64,000 nucleotides of DNA, from contig NC_043014.1 of NCBI RefSeq assembly GCF_006345805.1, positions 41,602,001 to 41,666,000 on the forward strand, written 5' to 3'. How positions within the stretch are numbered: the first letter of the stretch is position 1; every line of letters begins with the position of its first letter. A program made the translations under genes and the position numbers. This document shows, piece after piece, positions 1-12,246 of the stretch. This DNA is from Octopus sinensis (taxonomy: Eukaryota). Below the pieces are notes generated by a model. It ran no database searches and was not told the origin of the DNA. It worked only from the letters and a program-made list of their open reading frames with translations.

Positions 1-159
1 CACATACACAGACATACAGAAGCAAGCACACACACATACACAAGCACACACACATATACACACACACACCACACACACGAATGTACATTTGTATAAGTAT
101 ATACATGATACACACACGAATAGTTTAACGCATGTATGCGCTCATAGGCCTCTTCACAA

Positions 160-209
<50 letters not shown>

Positions 210-495
210 CTCATTACACATACATGTGTACATACATTCATATATATATATATATGAATGTATATACGCACACACGCACAACGACGCACATACACACACA
301 CAGACACACACACACAAGCTCACACACAATTACAAAAAAGCTACTAAAAGGTTCATGCTTTAATTTACATCAAATTGTTCGATGTAAATAACATGCCATT
401 TATCGCCCAAGCAGTTTTTCAGGCTCAGTTCTTAACGTTAGATGTATTTAAAACACAGGCCGATGGTTTTTGAGAAAACATTTAGAAAAAAACCA

Positions 496-731
496 GGCGG
501 CGAGCTGGCAGAAACGTTAGCACGCCGGGCGAAATGCGTAGCCGTATTTCGTCTGCCGCTACGTTCTGAGTTCAAATTCCGCCGAGGTCGACTTTGCCTT
601 TCATCCCTTTCGGGGTCGGTAAATTAAGTACCAGTTGCGTACTGGGGTCGATCTAATCGACTTAATCCGTTTGTCTGTCCTTGTTTGTCCCTTCTGTGTG
701 TAGCCCCCTGTGGGTAATAAAGAAATAAGAA
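496..731 (+). mobile_element. tRNA-derived SINE, family A (head GGCGGCGAGCTGGCAGAAACG), 'A-tail' monomer
   Basis: Box A-like TGGCAGAAACGTTAG, box B-like GAGTTCAAATTCC, core GGTCGACTTTGCCTTTCATCCTTTCGGGGTCG, tail TTTGTCTGTCCTTGTTTGTCC...GTGGGTAATAAAGAAA; more than 20 homologous copies in the window. Confidence 0.9.
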
Positions 732-1000
732 AAAAACAAGAAGTTTGATGCAAAATAGAAACGAGGAAAAAAAAAAAAAAAAAAACAGGGAAAATGAAGA
801 TCTTCGTCCTCTTTGACTGTAGAAATGATAATTAATGTAGCTGGTACGAAATAGTCCGTATCAGACAGTGAACGAAACGAAGGAATAACAAGAATATACT
901 AGACACACACTCACACTCTTAGACGGCCCCAACGACACACATAATATCCTCAAACTATGCGTGTGATTGTGTGTGCGTGTTTGTATATGTATTTATAAAG

Positions 1001-1230
1001 GGCGGCGAGCTGGCAGAAACGTTAGCACGCCGGGCGAAATGCGTAGCCGTATTTCGTCTGCCGCTACGTTATGAGTTCAAATTCCGCCGAGGTCGACTTT
1101 GCCTTTCATCCTTTCGGGGGTCGATAAATAAGGTACCAGTTACGCAAAGGGGTCGATGTAATCGACTTAATCCATTCGTCTGTCCTTGTTCGTCCCCTCT
1201 GTGTGTAGCCCCTTGTGGGTAGTAAAGAAA
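1001..1230 (+). mobile_element. SINE family A, A-tail monomer
   Basis: Near-identical to 496-731. Confidence 0.9.
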
Positions 1231-1430
1231 TTTATATGTATTTATTGGTGTGTGCACGCAGGTTTCTTTGGCCTTTGTTACCATCGTTAGATCATTGTCC
1301 AGATTCTTGCTTCAAGTGTCTCACTGCATCCTTGAGCAAGACACTTCTTTTCTGTTTCTTTCCGTCCTATCAGCTAAAAATATGCACCAACGATAGCTGG
1401 GGTACAAGGCCCACCTTGCATCTGAGCTGT

Positions 1431-1715
1431 GTAGGCACATGGTCTAGTGGTTAGAGGGATCGCGGGTTCGAATCTCAGTCCGGGCGATGTGTGTGTGTTT
1501 ATGAGCGAAAACACCTAAGCTCCACGCGTCTCCGGCAGAAGGTAATGGCGAACTTCTGCTGACTCTTTCGCCACAACATTTTCTCACTCTTTCCTCCTGC
1601 ATCTTGCAGCTCACCTGCGACGGACCGGCGTCCCGTCCAGGCGGGGAACCTATACGCCAAAGAAACCGGGAAAACCGGCCCTTATGAGCCAGGCATGGCT
1701 CGAGAAGGAACAACA
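1431..1715 (+). mobile_element. tRNA-derived SINE family B (OK/OR-like), tail variant 1
   Basis: Head TGGTCTAGTGGTTAG...GGTTCGAATCTC; shared core GTGTTTATGAGCGAAAACACCTAAGCTCCAC...CTGACTCTTTCGCCACAAC; tail CACCTGCGACGGACCGGCGTCCCGTCCAGG. Confidence 0.8.
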
Positions 1716-3236
1716 CGTATTAAGAAATGATATCAAAGAACCTACCTGCCCAATAAGTCTAAGAATGGGAAATGAATGCTGACTCTTTCGCCACCACTTT
1801 CTCTCACTTTTTCCTCCTGCATCTTGCAGCTCACCTGCGACGGACCGGCGTCCCGTCCAGGTGGGGAACCTATACGCCAAGAAACCGGGAAACCGGCCCT
1901 TATGAGCCAGGCATGGCTCGAGAAGGAACAACACGTATTAAGAAATGATATCAAAGAACCTACCTGCCCAATAAGTCTAAGAATGGGAAATGAATGCTGA
2001 CTCTTTCGCCACAACTTTCTCTCACTCTTTCCTCCTGCATCTTGCAGCTCACCTGCGACGGACCGGCGTCCCGTCCAGGCGGGGAACCTATACGCCAAAG
2101 AAACCGGGAAACCGGCCCTTATGAGCCAGGCATGGCTCGAGAAGGAACAACACGTATTAAGAAATGATACCAAAGAACCTACCTGCCCAATAAGTCTAAG
2201 AATGGGAAATGAATGCTGACTCTTTCGCCACCACTTTCTCTCACTTTTTCCTCCTGCATCTTGCAGCTCACCTGCGACGGACCGGCGTCCCGTCCAGGCG
2301 GGGAACCTATACGCCAAAGAAACCGGGAACCGGCCCTTATGAGCCAGGCAGGCTCGAGAAGGAACAACACGTATTAAGAAATGATATCAAGAACCTACCT
2401 GCCCAATAAGTCTAAGAATGGGAAATGAATGCTGACTCTTTCGCCACAACTTTCTCTCACTCTTTCCTCCTGCATCTTGCAGCTCACCTGCGACGGACCG
2501 GCGTCCCGTCCAGGCGGGGAACCTATACGCCAAGGAAACCGGGAAACCGGCCCTTATGAGCCAGGCATGGCTCGAGAGGAACAACACGTATTAAGAAATG
2601 ATACCAAGAACCTACCTGCCCAATAAGTCTAAGAATGGGAAATGAATGCTGACTCTTCGCCACCACTTTCTCTCACTTTTTCCTCCTGCATCTTGCAGCT
2701 CACCTGCGACGGACCGGCGTCCCGTCCAGGCGGGGAACCTATACGCCAAAGAAACCGGGAAACCGGCCCTTATGAGCCAGGCATGGCTCGAGAAGGAACA
2801 ACACGTATTAGAAATGATATCAAAGAACCTACCTGCCCAATAAGTCTAAGAATGGAAATGAATGCTGACTCTTTCGCCACAACTTTCTCTCACTCTTTCC
2901 TCTGCATCTTGCAGCTCACCTGCGACGGACCGGCGTCCCGTCCAGGCGGGGAACCTATACGCCAAGGAAACCGGAAACCGGCCCTTATGAGCCAGGCATG
3001 GCTCGAGAAGGAACAACACGTATTAGAAATGATACCAAAGAACCTACCTGCCCAATAAGTCTAAGAATGGGAAATGAATGCTGACTCTTTCGCCACCACT
3101 TTCTCTCACTTTTTCCTCCTGCATCTTGCAGCTCACCTGCGACGGACCGGCGTCCCGTCCAGGCGGGGAACCTATACGCCAAAGAAACCGGGAAACCGGC
3201 CCTTATGAGCCAGGCATGGCTCGAGAAGGAACACAC
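1559..3236 (+). repeat. Tandem array of about 7.7 units of 216-220 bp (SINE-B 3' part plus about 60 bp spacer)
   Basis: CTGACTCTT(T)CGCC recurs at 1559, 1779, 1997, 2216, 2432, 2649, 2865, 3081. Confidence 0.97.
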
Positions 3237-3269
3237 AACTTGCACCTTAGCTGCTTCTGGTTAAACTTT

Positions 3270-3832
3270 ACCCAGGTTTATTGAGAAATGGATTGTCATT
3301 TCTTTCAGAGGAATATTTTACTTTCACTCATTTGAAAAATTATGGAAACCGAGATCATCTTCTGCGTAACTGAGTTTGCAAGTTCGAATCAGACTTTAAC
3401 TTTGGTGCAGTAACCGTCAATAACAATTACACGCGCTGATTACACTTCATTACTGTTTTATTTTTTCTTCTTATTTTGTTAGCTACTCTATTAATTATTT
3501 ATGAATTCGTGTGGATTGTCATCAATATGTTGGTCACACATAACTGTGAACCGCTCGAGTAGAAATCGCCAAAAATGAAATTAGCCAACATCACCATAAA
3601 CACACTCTCACGCCATACAATTAATAGATAATTACACACACATGTAAACACACACTCGCAAAAACACTCGCGTACACATACACATACAAACACACACCAC
3701 GCATGATTCCGTGATATAATCGATGTAAGCGTTTCATTGACAGTATAAACCCTTGAAAATACACCAGGATCTGTTTCAACCCACGTTTTCCCGTAAACAA
3801 AAATATCTTGCAGAACAAATAAAAACATGAAA

Positions 3833-3871
<39 letters not shown>

Positions 3872-4270
3872 ATCTATGTGGGATTTCGTCTGTGAGTTTG
3901 TGGGTGTAGATGTCTGTATGCATTTGTGTATATGTATACATATGTGGGTTATAGCATTTTAAATAATATATAATAAGGTGTGATGATTAAATAGACAGAC
4001 TAATTGTGTGTGTGTGTGTGTGTGTGCTCTTATATGTGTGCGTGAGAGAGTACATGGATGTGTCAGTATGTATGTACGTGCGTGTGTGTGTATGTATGTG
4101 TGTGCATGTGTGTGTGTGTGAGTGTGTGTATGTCTCAATATCCATTCATTCAGACATCGTCTAGACAATAAATGTCAAGTCGATGTCGAAACGAGTTGAT
4201 ATTCTGTCAGTACACCGTTCTCAAGTTACAGACTGCAACAATGTGTTGACATATTTGTGGCACTAAAAGT
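3270..4270 (+). pseudogene. Toll-like receptor relic: LRRCT end, TM helix and TIR fragments
   Basis: Hand translation: LHFITVLFFLLILLATLLIIYEFVWIVINM (TM plus Y-x-x-x-W juxtamembrane motif, from 3440); RICFNPRFPVNKNILQN (3766-3816, resembles TIR BB loop C-x-x-x-RDFxPG-x-x-I-x-x-N); MSSRCRNELIFC (4172-4207, resembles S-x-WC-x-x-EL). Interrupted by a TG/TA microsatellite. Confidence 0.55.
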
Positions 4271-4809
4271 GAAGTGACAGTTGTGGGGGTGTTGTGATTT
4301 CGATCTGTTTGCCTCTGCTCCTTCCCTCCTCTTCTTTCTTCCCTTTCTTTCCTTTCATTCCACCAATCTACACCTTTCTGCAATAAGCTCTCTTCCCTTT
4401 AACTGTTATTATTTTTCTTGTTTTATTATTTACTTAATGTTCTTGCGATGGTAGAGAATGAACGTGGTATATGTATAATTTATTGTGAAATCAGAAATGA
4501 AAGGGTTCGTAGCCTAAGAAATAATAAATAACAATCGATCTGTGTGTTAATTAATGGTATACAATGATTGCTGGATTTAAGTTTGTAGTAATACAGCTAA
4601 TATATAATTAAGTTGGAGATAATTGTAATTGAAGAATTCATTACATTTCATAACTAAATCATTTAATGTGATTTTGCTATAATTACAATAATTCGCTGAA
4701 GAAGACAATAATCGTAAAAACGCATTGAGTTTTCTCCCTTCTTTACCAATGTTCTTTATAATCATGAAGTTTCGGATTCAGTACCACTGCCCTGTACTTT
4801 GGTTAAGCA

Positions 4810-5399
4810 TAGCAGAAACGTTAGCACGCCGGACGAAATGCTTAGCGGCATTTCGTCTGCCGCTACGTTCTGAGTTCAAATTCCGTCGAGGTCGACTTTG
4901 CCTTTCATCCTTTCGAGGTCGATTAAATAAGTACCAGTTTCGTACTGGGGTCGATGTAATCGGCTTAATCCGTTTGTCTGTCCTTGTTTGTCCTCTCTGT
5001 GTTTAGCCCCTTGTGGGTAGTAAAGAAATAGGTATTTCGTCTGCCGCTACGTTCTGAGTTCAAATTACGCTGAGGTCCACTTTGCCTTTCATCCTTTCGG
5101 GGTCGATAAATTAAGTACCAGTTTCGTACTGGGGTCGATGTAATCGGCTTAATCCGTTTGTCTGTCCTTGTTTGTTCTCTCTGTGTTTAGCCCCTTGTGG
5201 GTAGTAAAGAAATAGGTATTTCGTCTGCCGCTACGTTCTGAGTTCAAATTACGCCGAGGTCGACTTTGCCTTTCATCCTTTCAGGGTCGATTAAATAAGC
5301 ACCTGTTACGCACTGGGGGTCAATGTAATTGACTTAATCTCTTTGTCTCTCCTTGTTTATCCACTTTATGTTTAGCCCCCTGTGTGTTATAAAGAAATA
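4810..5399 (+). mobile_element. SINE family A trimer (head plus two 184-bp headless units)
   Basis: Junction TAAAGAAATAG|GTATTTCGTCTGCCG at 5032 and 5216. Confidence 0.9.
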
Positions 5400-5510
5400 A
5401 ATATTTTCTACAACAGTTCCTGGTTGACCAATGTGTTGTAGGTGAATTTATTATCCGAAAAATGTGTGGAATGGCATCATGTACGTACATGCATTCATAC
5501 AAAGTTTCAT

Positions 5511-5547
<37 letters not shown>

Positions 5548-5774
5548 ACACACACACACACACATCCTACACACATACAAACACATATGCTTGTGTATTC
5601 ATTTACTTTATATGTGTGTGTGTGCTTGTGTGCATGTGTGTGTTCGTGTATGTGTGTTCGTATGTGAGAGTATGCATCTATATGTATGTGTGGTTGTTTT
5701 CTCTTCCCTGCGCTTGATAACCAGGATCAGATGGTGAACACACAGAACAACTGTTGGCTTGCCTTGTCCTCAAA

Positions 5775-6407
5775 ACAAGTATTGAGAGTTGATAAAAATC
5801 AAACATCCAGTCGACATCCTGGTGTTCGGAGTGATCACTAGTGAGGGCGACGTTATGCCTCCATTCATCTTCTCACACGGCCTCAGACTTAAAACAGAGA
5901 TCTACATCAAGAGCCTGGAGGAGGTAGTGCTGCCTGGGTCAGGAGGATGGCTGCTGGAAGACCCTATGTCAAGCAACAAGACTCTGCACCATGCCACACA
6001 AATAACAGAACCCAGTCATGGTTGTCAGACAATGTCTGCGACCACATCACCCCGAACATCTGGTCACCTAACACCCCACTCTGCAACCCCCTTTATTATT
6101 ACGTGTGGTACGCAGTTGAGCGAGAGACCAGCAGCACTCCTTCTAACAGCAAAGATGAACTGAAGGTAAGGATCATGGTAGCAGTCACCAATTTAAACAA
6201 GGAGACCGTCCAGAAGAGTTGCAGAAGATTCCGAAGTCGTCTGGAGGCCGTGGTTGAAGACAATGGATATTTTATCGAATAAATTTATTCTTTACTATTT
6301 CAAGTTATTTTTTTAATGTAATTTTGGTAAATATATCTGTTAAAATGGGATATCAGTTTATTTTCATTTTAGCGTAATTTAGACAATTTATTCACCTAAA
6401 CCCTGTA
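5775..6407 (+). mobile_element. Tc1/mariner superfamily (maT/DD37D-like) transposase 3' fragment with right TIR
   Basis: KHPVDILVFGVITSEG...QQDSAPCHT...WSPNTPLCNPLYYYVW...FRSRLEAVVEDNGYFIE across two frames; ends ...TTATTCACCTAAACCCTG|TA. Confidence 0.9.
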
Positions 6408-6429
6408 TAGATACTCTAGATCACTTATT

Positions 6430-7555
6430 TTAACTTTTTACTTTTACTACCATAGCTACCCAAGCGTCCAAAAGATGGAACAATGGTCTTCTTGGGTGCA
6501 CAATAAGTTTTCGTGACTTATTTTAAGAAAAAAAAATGGCATTCTCTATGCTAAGACATACGACAGTCTTTACATAAACTTTTTCGAGAAAATTTGTGGA
6601 TACTATGTTACTAAGTTGCAGACACTATATGTAGATCTACTGTCTAGAATACCTTATTTCCAAATCATGACAGGGTTTCACTCAAATTACAATATATTGT
6701 GCTACGATTAACCTCCAAATTGCTCATGGAATCATGACCTAGGTAGATCCATCCATTTTCAGGCTGACAAATATTTTCTGAAAAATCAATAAACTTAGCG
6801 TATCACAGGGAATTACTACTATAAACACACACCAATACTCGACAACGATAAATTGTTTTTTTTTTTCTGTAATATCAAAACTGATGGAAATGATAATTTA
6901 CTTGAAACATTATCGAATGATCATACTGACACCGAGGACATCATTTTCTTATTCAATGAATATGATTTCTGTTTTTGTTTTGTATCCAGTTCATAATCTG
7001 CTTCAATGATGTATTATGTAATTCCCAATTGTACTGGATTCTCCCTGTAAATATTCTGCACTTTCACTATTATGTATATTTTATTTCAAACCATTAACAA
7101 ATGCAGTTGCATCAGGTTTGTATTCTCAATCACCATCGTAGCAGCTAATTGATTATGTGACTGCCAGATATAATGAAGAGAGAGAGAGGTCTTATATTTC
7201 CTTAAAAAACATTATATATATATAGTTTTTATTGATATTTACGAAAATGATAACCATTATTTCGAATGAATAATGCTAATTTTCTATAGATCATATATAA
7301 TTAATGGTTATCGCTCTTGTGATACAATGGTTATCAATCAAACGAGACATGAAAATTAGAAGGGATGGGATATTTAAGGTCACCTAAAGTTATTCTGAAT
7401 CATGTCCGCTAATTTAGAAAATGTTATGCTTGTTCTACTATATCAATTAAACTCTGAATAATAAGCATAATAATACTAAGCAGTTTGTTGTTTGTGATGT
7501 TTCCATTTACTTGTTGTCTACAGTATCATATTTACAATTAATGAACTTTATTATT
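6430..7555 (+). pseudogene. TLR-like relic: LRRs, LRRCT and TM
   Basis: VTKLQTLYVD (6607-6636); VDPSIFRLTNIF*KINKLSVSQGITTI; ITIVAAN*LCDCQI (LRRCT NPxxCdC-like, 7141-7164); IISIIILSSLLFVMFPFTCCL (TM, 7458-7520) following FRKC. Confidence 0.55.
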
Positions 7556-7559
7556 ACAT

Positions 7560-7926
7560 CAGTGGTTAGGGCAGCGGACTCGCAGTCGTAGGATCGCGGT
7601 TTCGATTCCCAGACCGGGCGTTGTGAGTGTTTATTGAGCGAAAACACCTAAAAGCTCCACGAGGCTCCGGCAGGGGATGGTGGTGATCCCTGCTGTACTC
7701 TTTCACCACAACTTTCTCTCACTCTTACTTCCTGTTTCTGTTGTACCTGTATTTCAAAGGGCCGGCCTTGTCACTCTCTGTGTCACGCTGAATATCCCTG
7801 AGAACTACGTTAAGGGTACACGTGTCTGTGGAGTGCTCAGCCACTTACACGTTAATTTCACGAGCAGGCTGTTCCTTTGATCGGATCAACCGGGACCCTC
7901 GTCGTCGTAACCGACGGAGTGCTTCC
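7560..7926 (+). mobile_element. SINE family B, tail variant 2 (slightly 5'-truncated)
   Basis: AGTGGTTAGGGCAGCGGACTCGC...GGTTTCGATTCCC head, shared core, tail ...GTCGTAACCGACGGAGTGCTTCC; homologous to 11348-11726. Confidence 0.9.
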
Positions 7927-8137
7927 CCCTATTACACCAGGAAAGCAAACAGTTATTCCCTTGTAGAAGCGCAGTGTATTGGCTGAAACAGCAGAGCGCC
8001 AAAAACATGAGTTATATATTCATGCCACTTCAGGTTCCGTGCTCACATCCAGCCGATCCCGGTCGATTTTTACTAATGGGAATTTTTAAAATAATGCGCT
8101 AGTTACATTCTGGAGTTGATTTAATCGATTAAACATA

Positions 8138-8379
8138 CTCTTTTACTCTTTTACTCTTTCACATGCTTCAGTCATTTGACTGTGGCCTTGCTGGAGCACT
8201 GCCTTTAGTCGAGCAAATCGACCCCAGGACTTATTCTTTGTAAGCGTAGTTCTTATTCTAACGGTCTCCTTTGCCGAACCACTAAGTTACGGGGACGTAA
8301 ACACACCACCATCGGTTGTCAAACGATGTTGGGGGACAAACAGAGACACACAAACACATAAACACACGTACATATCTAT

Positions 8380-8445
<66 letters not shown>

Positions 8446-8603
8446 CTATATATATATACTTATACACGACGGGATTATTTCAGTTTCCGTCTAACAAATC
8501 CACTCACAAGGCTTTGGTCGGCCCGAGGCTACAGTCGAGGAAACTTGCCTAGTGGGACTGAACCCGGAACCATGTGGTTGGTAAGCAAGCTACTTACCAC
8601 ACA
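8138..8603 (-). mobile_element. tRNA-derived SINE family C with internal (TAGA)n/(TA)n microsatellite
   Basis: Reverse complement of TGTGTGGTAAGTAGCTTGCTTACCAACCACATGGTTCCGGGTTCAGTCCCAC head and ...GCAGTCAAATGACTGAA...AAAAGAGTAAAAGAG tail. Confidence 0.9.
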
Positions 8604-8725
8604 AGAAAATTTGAAGTGTTCTGACGATTTTGTAAATCAATGATTGCTAAATAGACAGTTAAATTTCACCCAACAATAAAGACATTTTGATACGTATTAA
8701 TACTGTTAATATAATATTTTCTGCT

Positions 8726-8853
8726 GTAGGCACAGGGCCTGAAATTTTGCAGGGAGGGGCCTAGTCGATAACATAGACCCCAGTTCTCAACTGTTACTTA
8801 ATTTATCGACTCCGAAGCAATGAAAGGTAAAGTCGACCTCAGCGGAATTTGAA
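8726..8853 (-). mobile_element. SINE family A, B-tail 3' fragment
   Basis: Reverse complement of core plus CCCCTCCCTGCAAAATTTCAGGCCCTGTGCCTACA tail. Confidence 0.75.
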
Positions 8854-8884
8854 TATACAATTAATATAAAAATAGCCGATATAA

Positions 8885-9290
8885 GGCGGCAAGCTGGCAA
8901 GATCAACAGCAAAATGCTTGTCGGTATTTCGTCTGCCGCTACGTTCTAAGTTCAAATTCCGCCGAGGTCGACTTTGCCTTTCATCCTTTCGGGGTCGATT
9001 AAATAAGTACCAGTTACGCACTTGGGTCGATATAATCGACTTAATCCGTTTGTCTGTCCTTGTTTGTCCTCTCTATGTTTAGCCCCTTGTGGGTAGTAAA
9101 GAAATAGGTATTTCGTCTGCCGCTATGTTCTGAGTTCAAATTCTGCCGAGGTCGACTTTGCCTTTCATCCTTTCGGGGTCGATTAAATAAGTACCAGTTA
9201 CGCACTGGGGTCGATATAATCGACTTAATCCGTTTGTCTGTCCTTGTTTGTCCTCTCTGTGTTTAACCCCCTTGTAAGGTAGTAAAGAAA
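8885..9290 (+). mobile_element. SINE family A dimer (A-tail x2)
   Basis: GTATTTCGTCTGCCG at 8924 and 9108 (184-bp period). Confidence 0.9.
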
Positions 9291-9763
9291 TCGAAAATAT
9301 CGAGCGAATATTAAAAAGAAAAGAAAGAAAAATAGCGAACGGACAAAGAAACAAAGACTAGGAGTTGAAAGCTTATGCTTCAATGGTGGCAGCAGCAAAA
9401 TAGCCAAAAGCACACAATTCTATAATTATATAATAGAAATTTAAAAGGTCACATACTTTATTATCTTGTTTTTGTTAAGTCCTCTTGTTGAACTGTGGAC
9501 ATGCTGGTACACTGTCTTCAAGGATTTTCTTATAAACAATTCAACTCTTTATTTAGTGTGCTTTTTATTTTATCGACACTATCTACTGATCCGCTAAGTT
9601 ACGAGACGTAAACAACAAAATCGATTTTGTTTTGACCAAATGCAGCAAGTACACACACACACACACATACACTCTCTCTCTTTCACACACATGCACACAC
9701 ACACACACGCACGCACACACACACACACACACACACAACACACACACACACGCACACACACAC

Positions 9764-9801
<38 letters not shown>

Positions 9802-9963
9802 ACACACACACACTGTCTGTCTGTCTCTTTCTCTCATACACACGCACATACGATGAGCTTCCATAAAATTTCCGAGTACAAAATTCAACCTACCTATAGC
9901 TGAAGATGCCTGCATAATGTGACAGACTTTGGGCTTGAACCAACAGCCACAACACACACACAC

Positions 9964-10024
<61 letters not shown>

Positions 10025-10142
10025 TATATATATCCATGTATATATAGATACGCATACATGAACAAACAGTCGCACACACAAACACACATAACTTACAAAA
10101 ATAGGAAGCAGAGGAAATTAGTGTTGCTACTCAGTTCAGGTA

Positions 10143-10350
10143 AGGTGGCAGACACGTTAGCACGCCGGGTGAAATGCTTAGCGTTATTCCGTCTTCCGTT
10201 ACGTTCTGAGTTCAAATTCCGCCGAGGTCAACTTTGCCTCTTGTCCTTTTGGGGCTCGATAAATTAAGTACCAGTTACGCACTGGGGTCGATCTAATCGA
10301 CTGGACCCCTCCTCCAAAATTTCGGGCCTTGTGCCTATTGTAGAAAAGAA
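10143..10350 (+). mobile_element. SINE family A, B-tail monomer
   Basis: Head and core followed by TGGACCCCTCCTCCAAAATTTCGGGCCTTGTGCCTATTGTAGAAAAG. Confidence 0.85.
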
Positions 10351-10529
10351 TCCTTACCGCACCGGTAAAAAGGTTAGTGGCATTCCTTCCGACTTTCCGT
10401 TCTGAGTTCAAATGCCGCCGGGATCGATTTTTTTTTTCATCCTTTCGGGATCAATATAATAGTTGATGTAATCGACTAGCCCTACCTCGAAATTGCTGGC
10501 CTTGTACCAAAATTTGAACCCGTTATTTA

Positions 10530-11000
10530 ATTTAGGTCTACGTTTTGGACCTTAGTTTCTCCAAGGCTGCCAATAACAATCTAAGTCGACGTTCTTGCCA
10601 ATCCATAACTTAATTTAACTAGTCTTGCACATATAAAATATCTGAGTATTGATTAAAAACTCTCATCACAATTATTAAAATTTGCGTTTGCGTTGTAGGA
10701 AGTTTATTTTCAAACACGAAAGCATATACATACGCTATTTTCTTTCATACTGAAGTGAAATCTATAAAAAGAAAATTATAAAGGATAACAACGTTTGAAC
10801 ATCATTCAAAACATCTCTACTTATTCATCAGTAAACACAAAACTTCAATATATATTTGTTTTAAATCTTTCGAGTATGTCGGAAATGTTATACAGAACAT
10901 TCGGTCTCATATTTCGCTGATGTAATTTGACATAATTGCAAGGTTTTCAAAGTTTTGTTTTTTAAAAACATTCCATACCTTTTATATGACCAAAATATTT
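10530..11000 (+). pseudogene. LRR relic
   Basis: VYVLDLSF (10536-10559); LTSLAHIKYLSID*KLSSQ (10615-10653); NTKLQYIFVLNLSS. Confidence 0.5.
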
Positions 11001-11137
11001 GTAAAAAAATGGTTCCGGGTTCATTCCCACTGCGTAGCAACTTGGGCAACTTGGAGCATGTGGTTGGGAAGCAGACTTCTTATCACAGCCACCCTTGAGT
11101 TATGTTTATGAATTCTATAGATGTAGAGCTAAAGCTC

Positions 11138-11218
<81 letters not shown>

Positions 11219-11233
11219 TATTATATATATATA

Positions 11234-11274
<41 letters not shown>

Positions 11275-11276
11275 TA

Positions 11277-11346
<70 letters not shown>

Positions 11347-11347
11347 T

Positions 11348-11726
11348 GGAGGCGCAATGGCCCAGTGGTTAGGGCAGCGGACTCGCGGTCATAGGATCGC
11401 GGTTTCGATTCCTAGACCGGGCGTTGTGAGTGTTTATTGAGCGAAGACACCTAAAGCTCCACGAGGCTCCGGCAGGGGATGGTGGTGATCCCTGCTGTAC
11501 CTTTCACCCAAACTTTCTCTCACTCTTACTTCCTGTTTCTGTTATACCTGTATTTCAAAGGGCCGGCCTTGTCACTCTCTGTGTCACGCTGAATATCCCG
11601 AGAACTACGTTAAGGATACACGTGTCTTGGATTCTCAGCCACTTACACGTTAATTTCACGAGCAGGCTGTTCCGTTGATTCGGATCAACCGGAACCCTCA
11701 TCGTCGTAACCGACGGAGTGCTTCCA
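11348..11726 (+). mobile_element. SINE family B, tail variant 2, full length
   Basis: GGAGGCGCAATGGCCCAGTGGTTAG tRNA head through GGAGTGCTTCCA. Confidence 0.92.
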
Positions 11727-12198
11727 TACATATACAAATTTACGTGAATTGGCAAAAACAGATCATGATATAGGGCTGCCGTTCCTTTAAGATGTCTATC
11801 CATGAAAGATGTTCAACGAAATAAATGAATAAACAAACAAATAAATAAATAAATAAATAAATAAATTAAGCTTACTAAATAAGTAAGTGAAAACCTGTTA
11901 GCATTAGTTTATGTGAAGGAAACATTTCCGAGGAAGCATAAAATCAAAACGATCTCTAGAGGTTTCTTTAATGATATATTATACAAATATTATTTTCTCA
12001 CAGCTAAATATCTGACTAAATTTCTAGTTAGCAGTCTCAGGGTAATAATCTTCCTGTTGAAATCTCCGGGGATAAAACCCGAAAATGAAATTTATTCTTT
12101 CAGCCTTCACCCTTTCTATATATATCCCCAGCCCTTTTAACAACATATTGCAGATCGTCAAGTAGTTGGGGCTGTATATAGTTCTGCTGATTCCCTGT

Positions 12199-12203
<5 letters not shown>

Positions 12204-12246
<43 letters not shown>

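Noticed and set aside
570-670. Ribozyme in the SINE-A core (hairpins CCAGT/ACTGG and GTCGAT/ATCGAC)
   Set aside because: The hairpins are real, but I could not assemble an HDV-like pseudoknot or hammerhead core.
1559-3236. CRISPR-like or tandem coding-repeat interpretation
   Set aside because: The spacers are invariant, the DNA is eukaryotic, there are no cas genes, the unit is SINE-derived, and frames shift between copies. No CTGANGA hammerhead core was found, so it is not called a retrozyme.
496-11420. tRNA genes at SINE heads
   Set aside because: Box A/B motifs continue into SINE cores and tails, and there is no complete cloverleaf. They are SINE heads.
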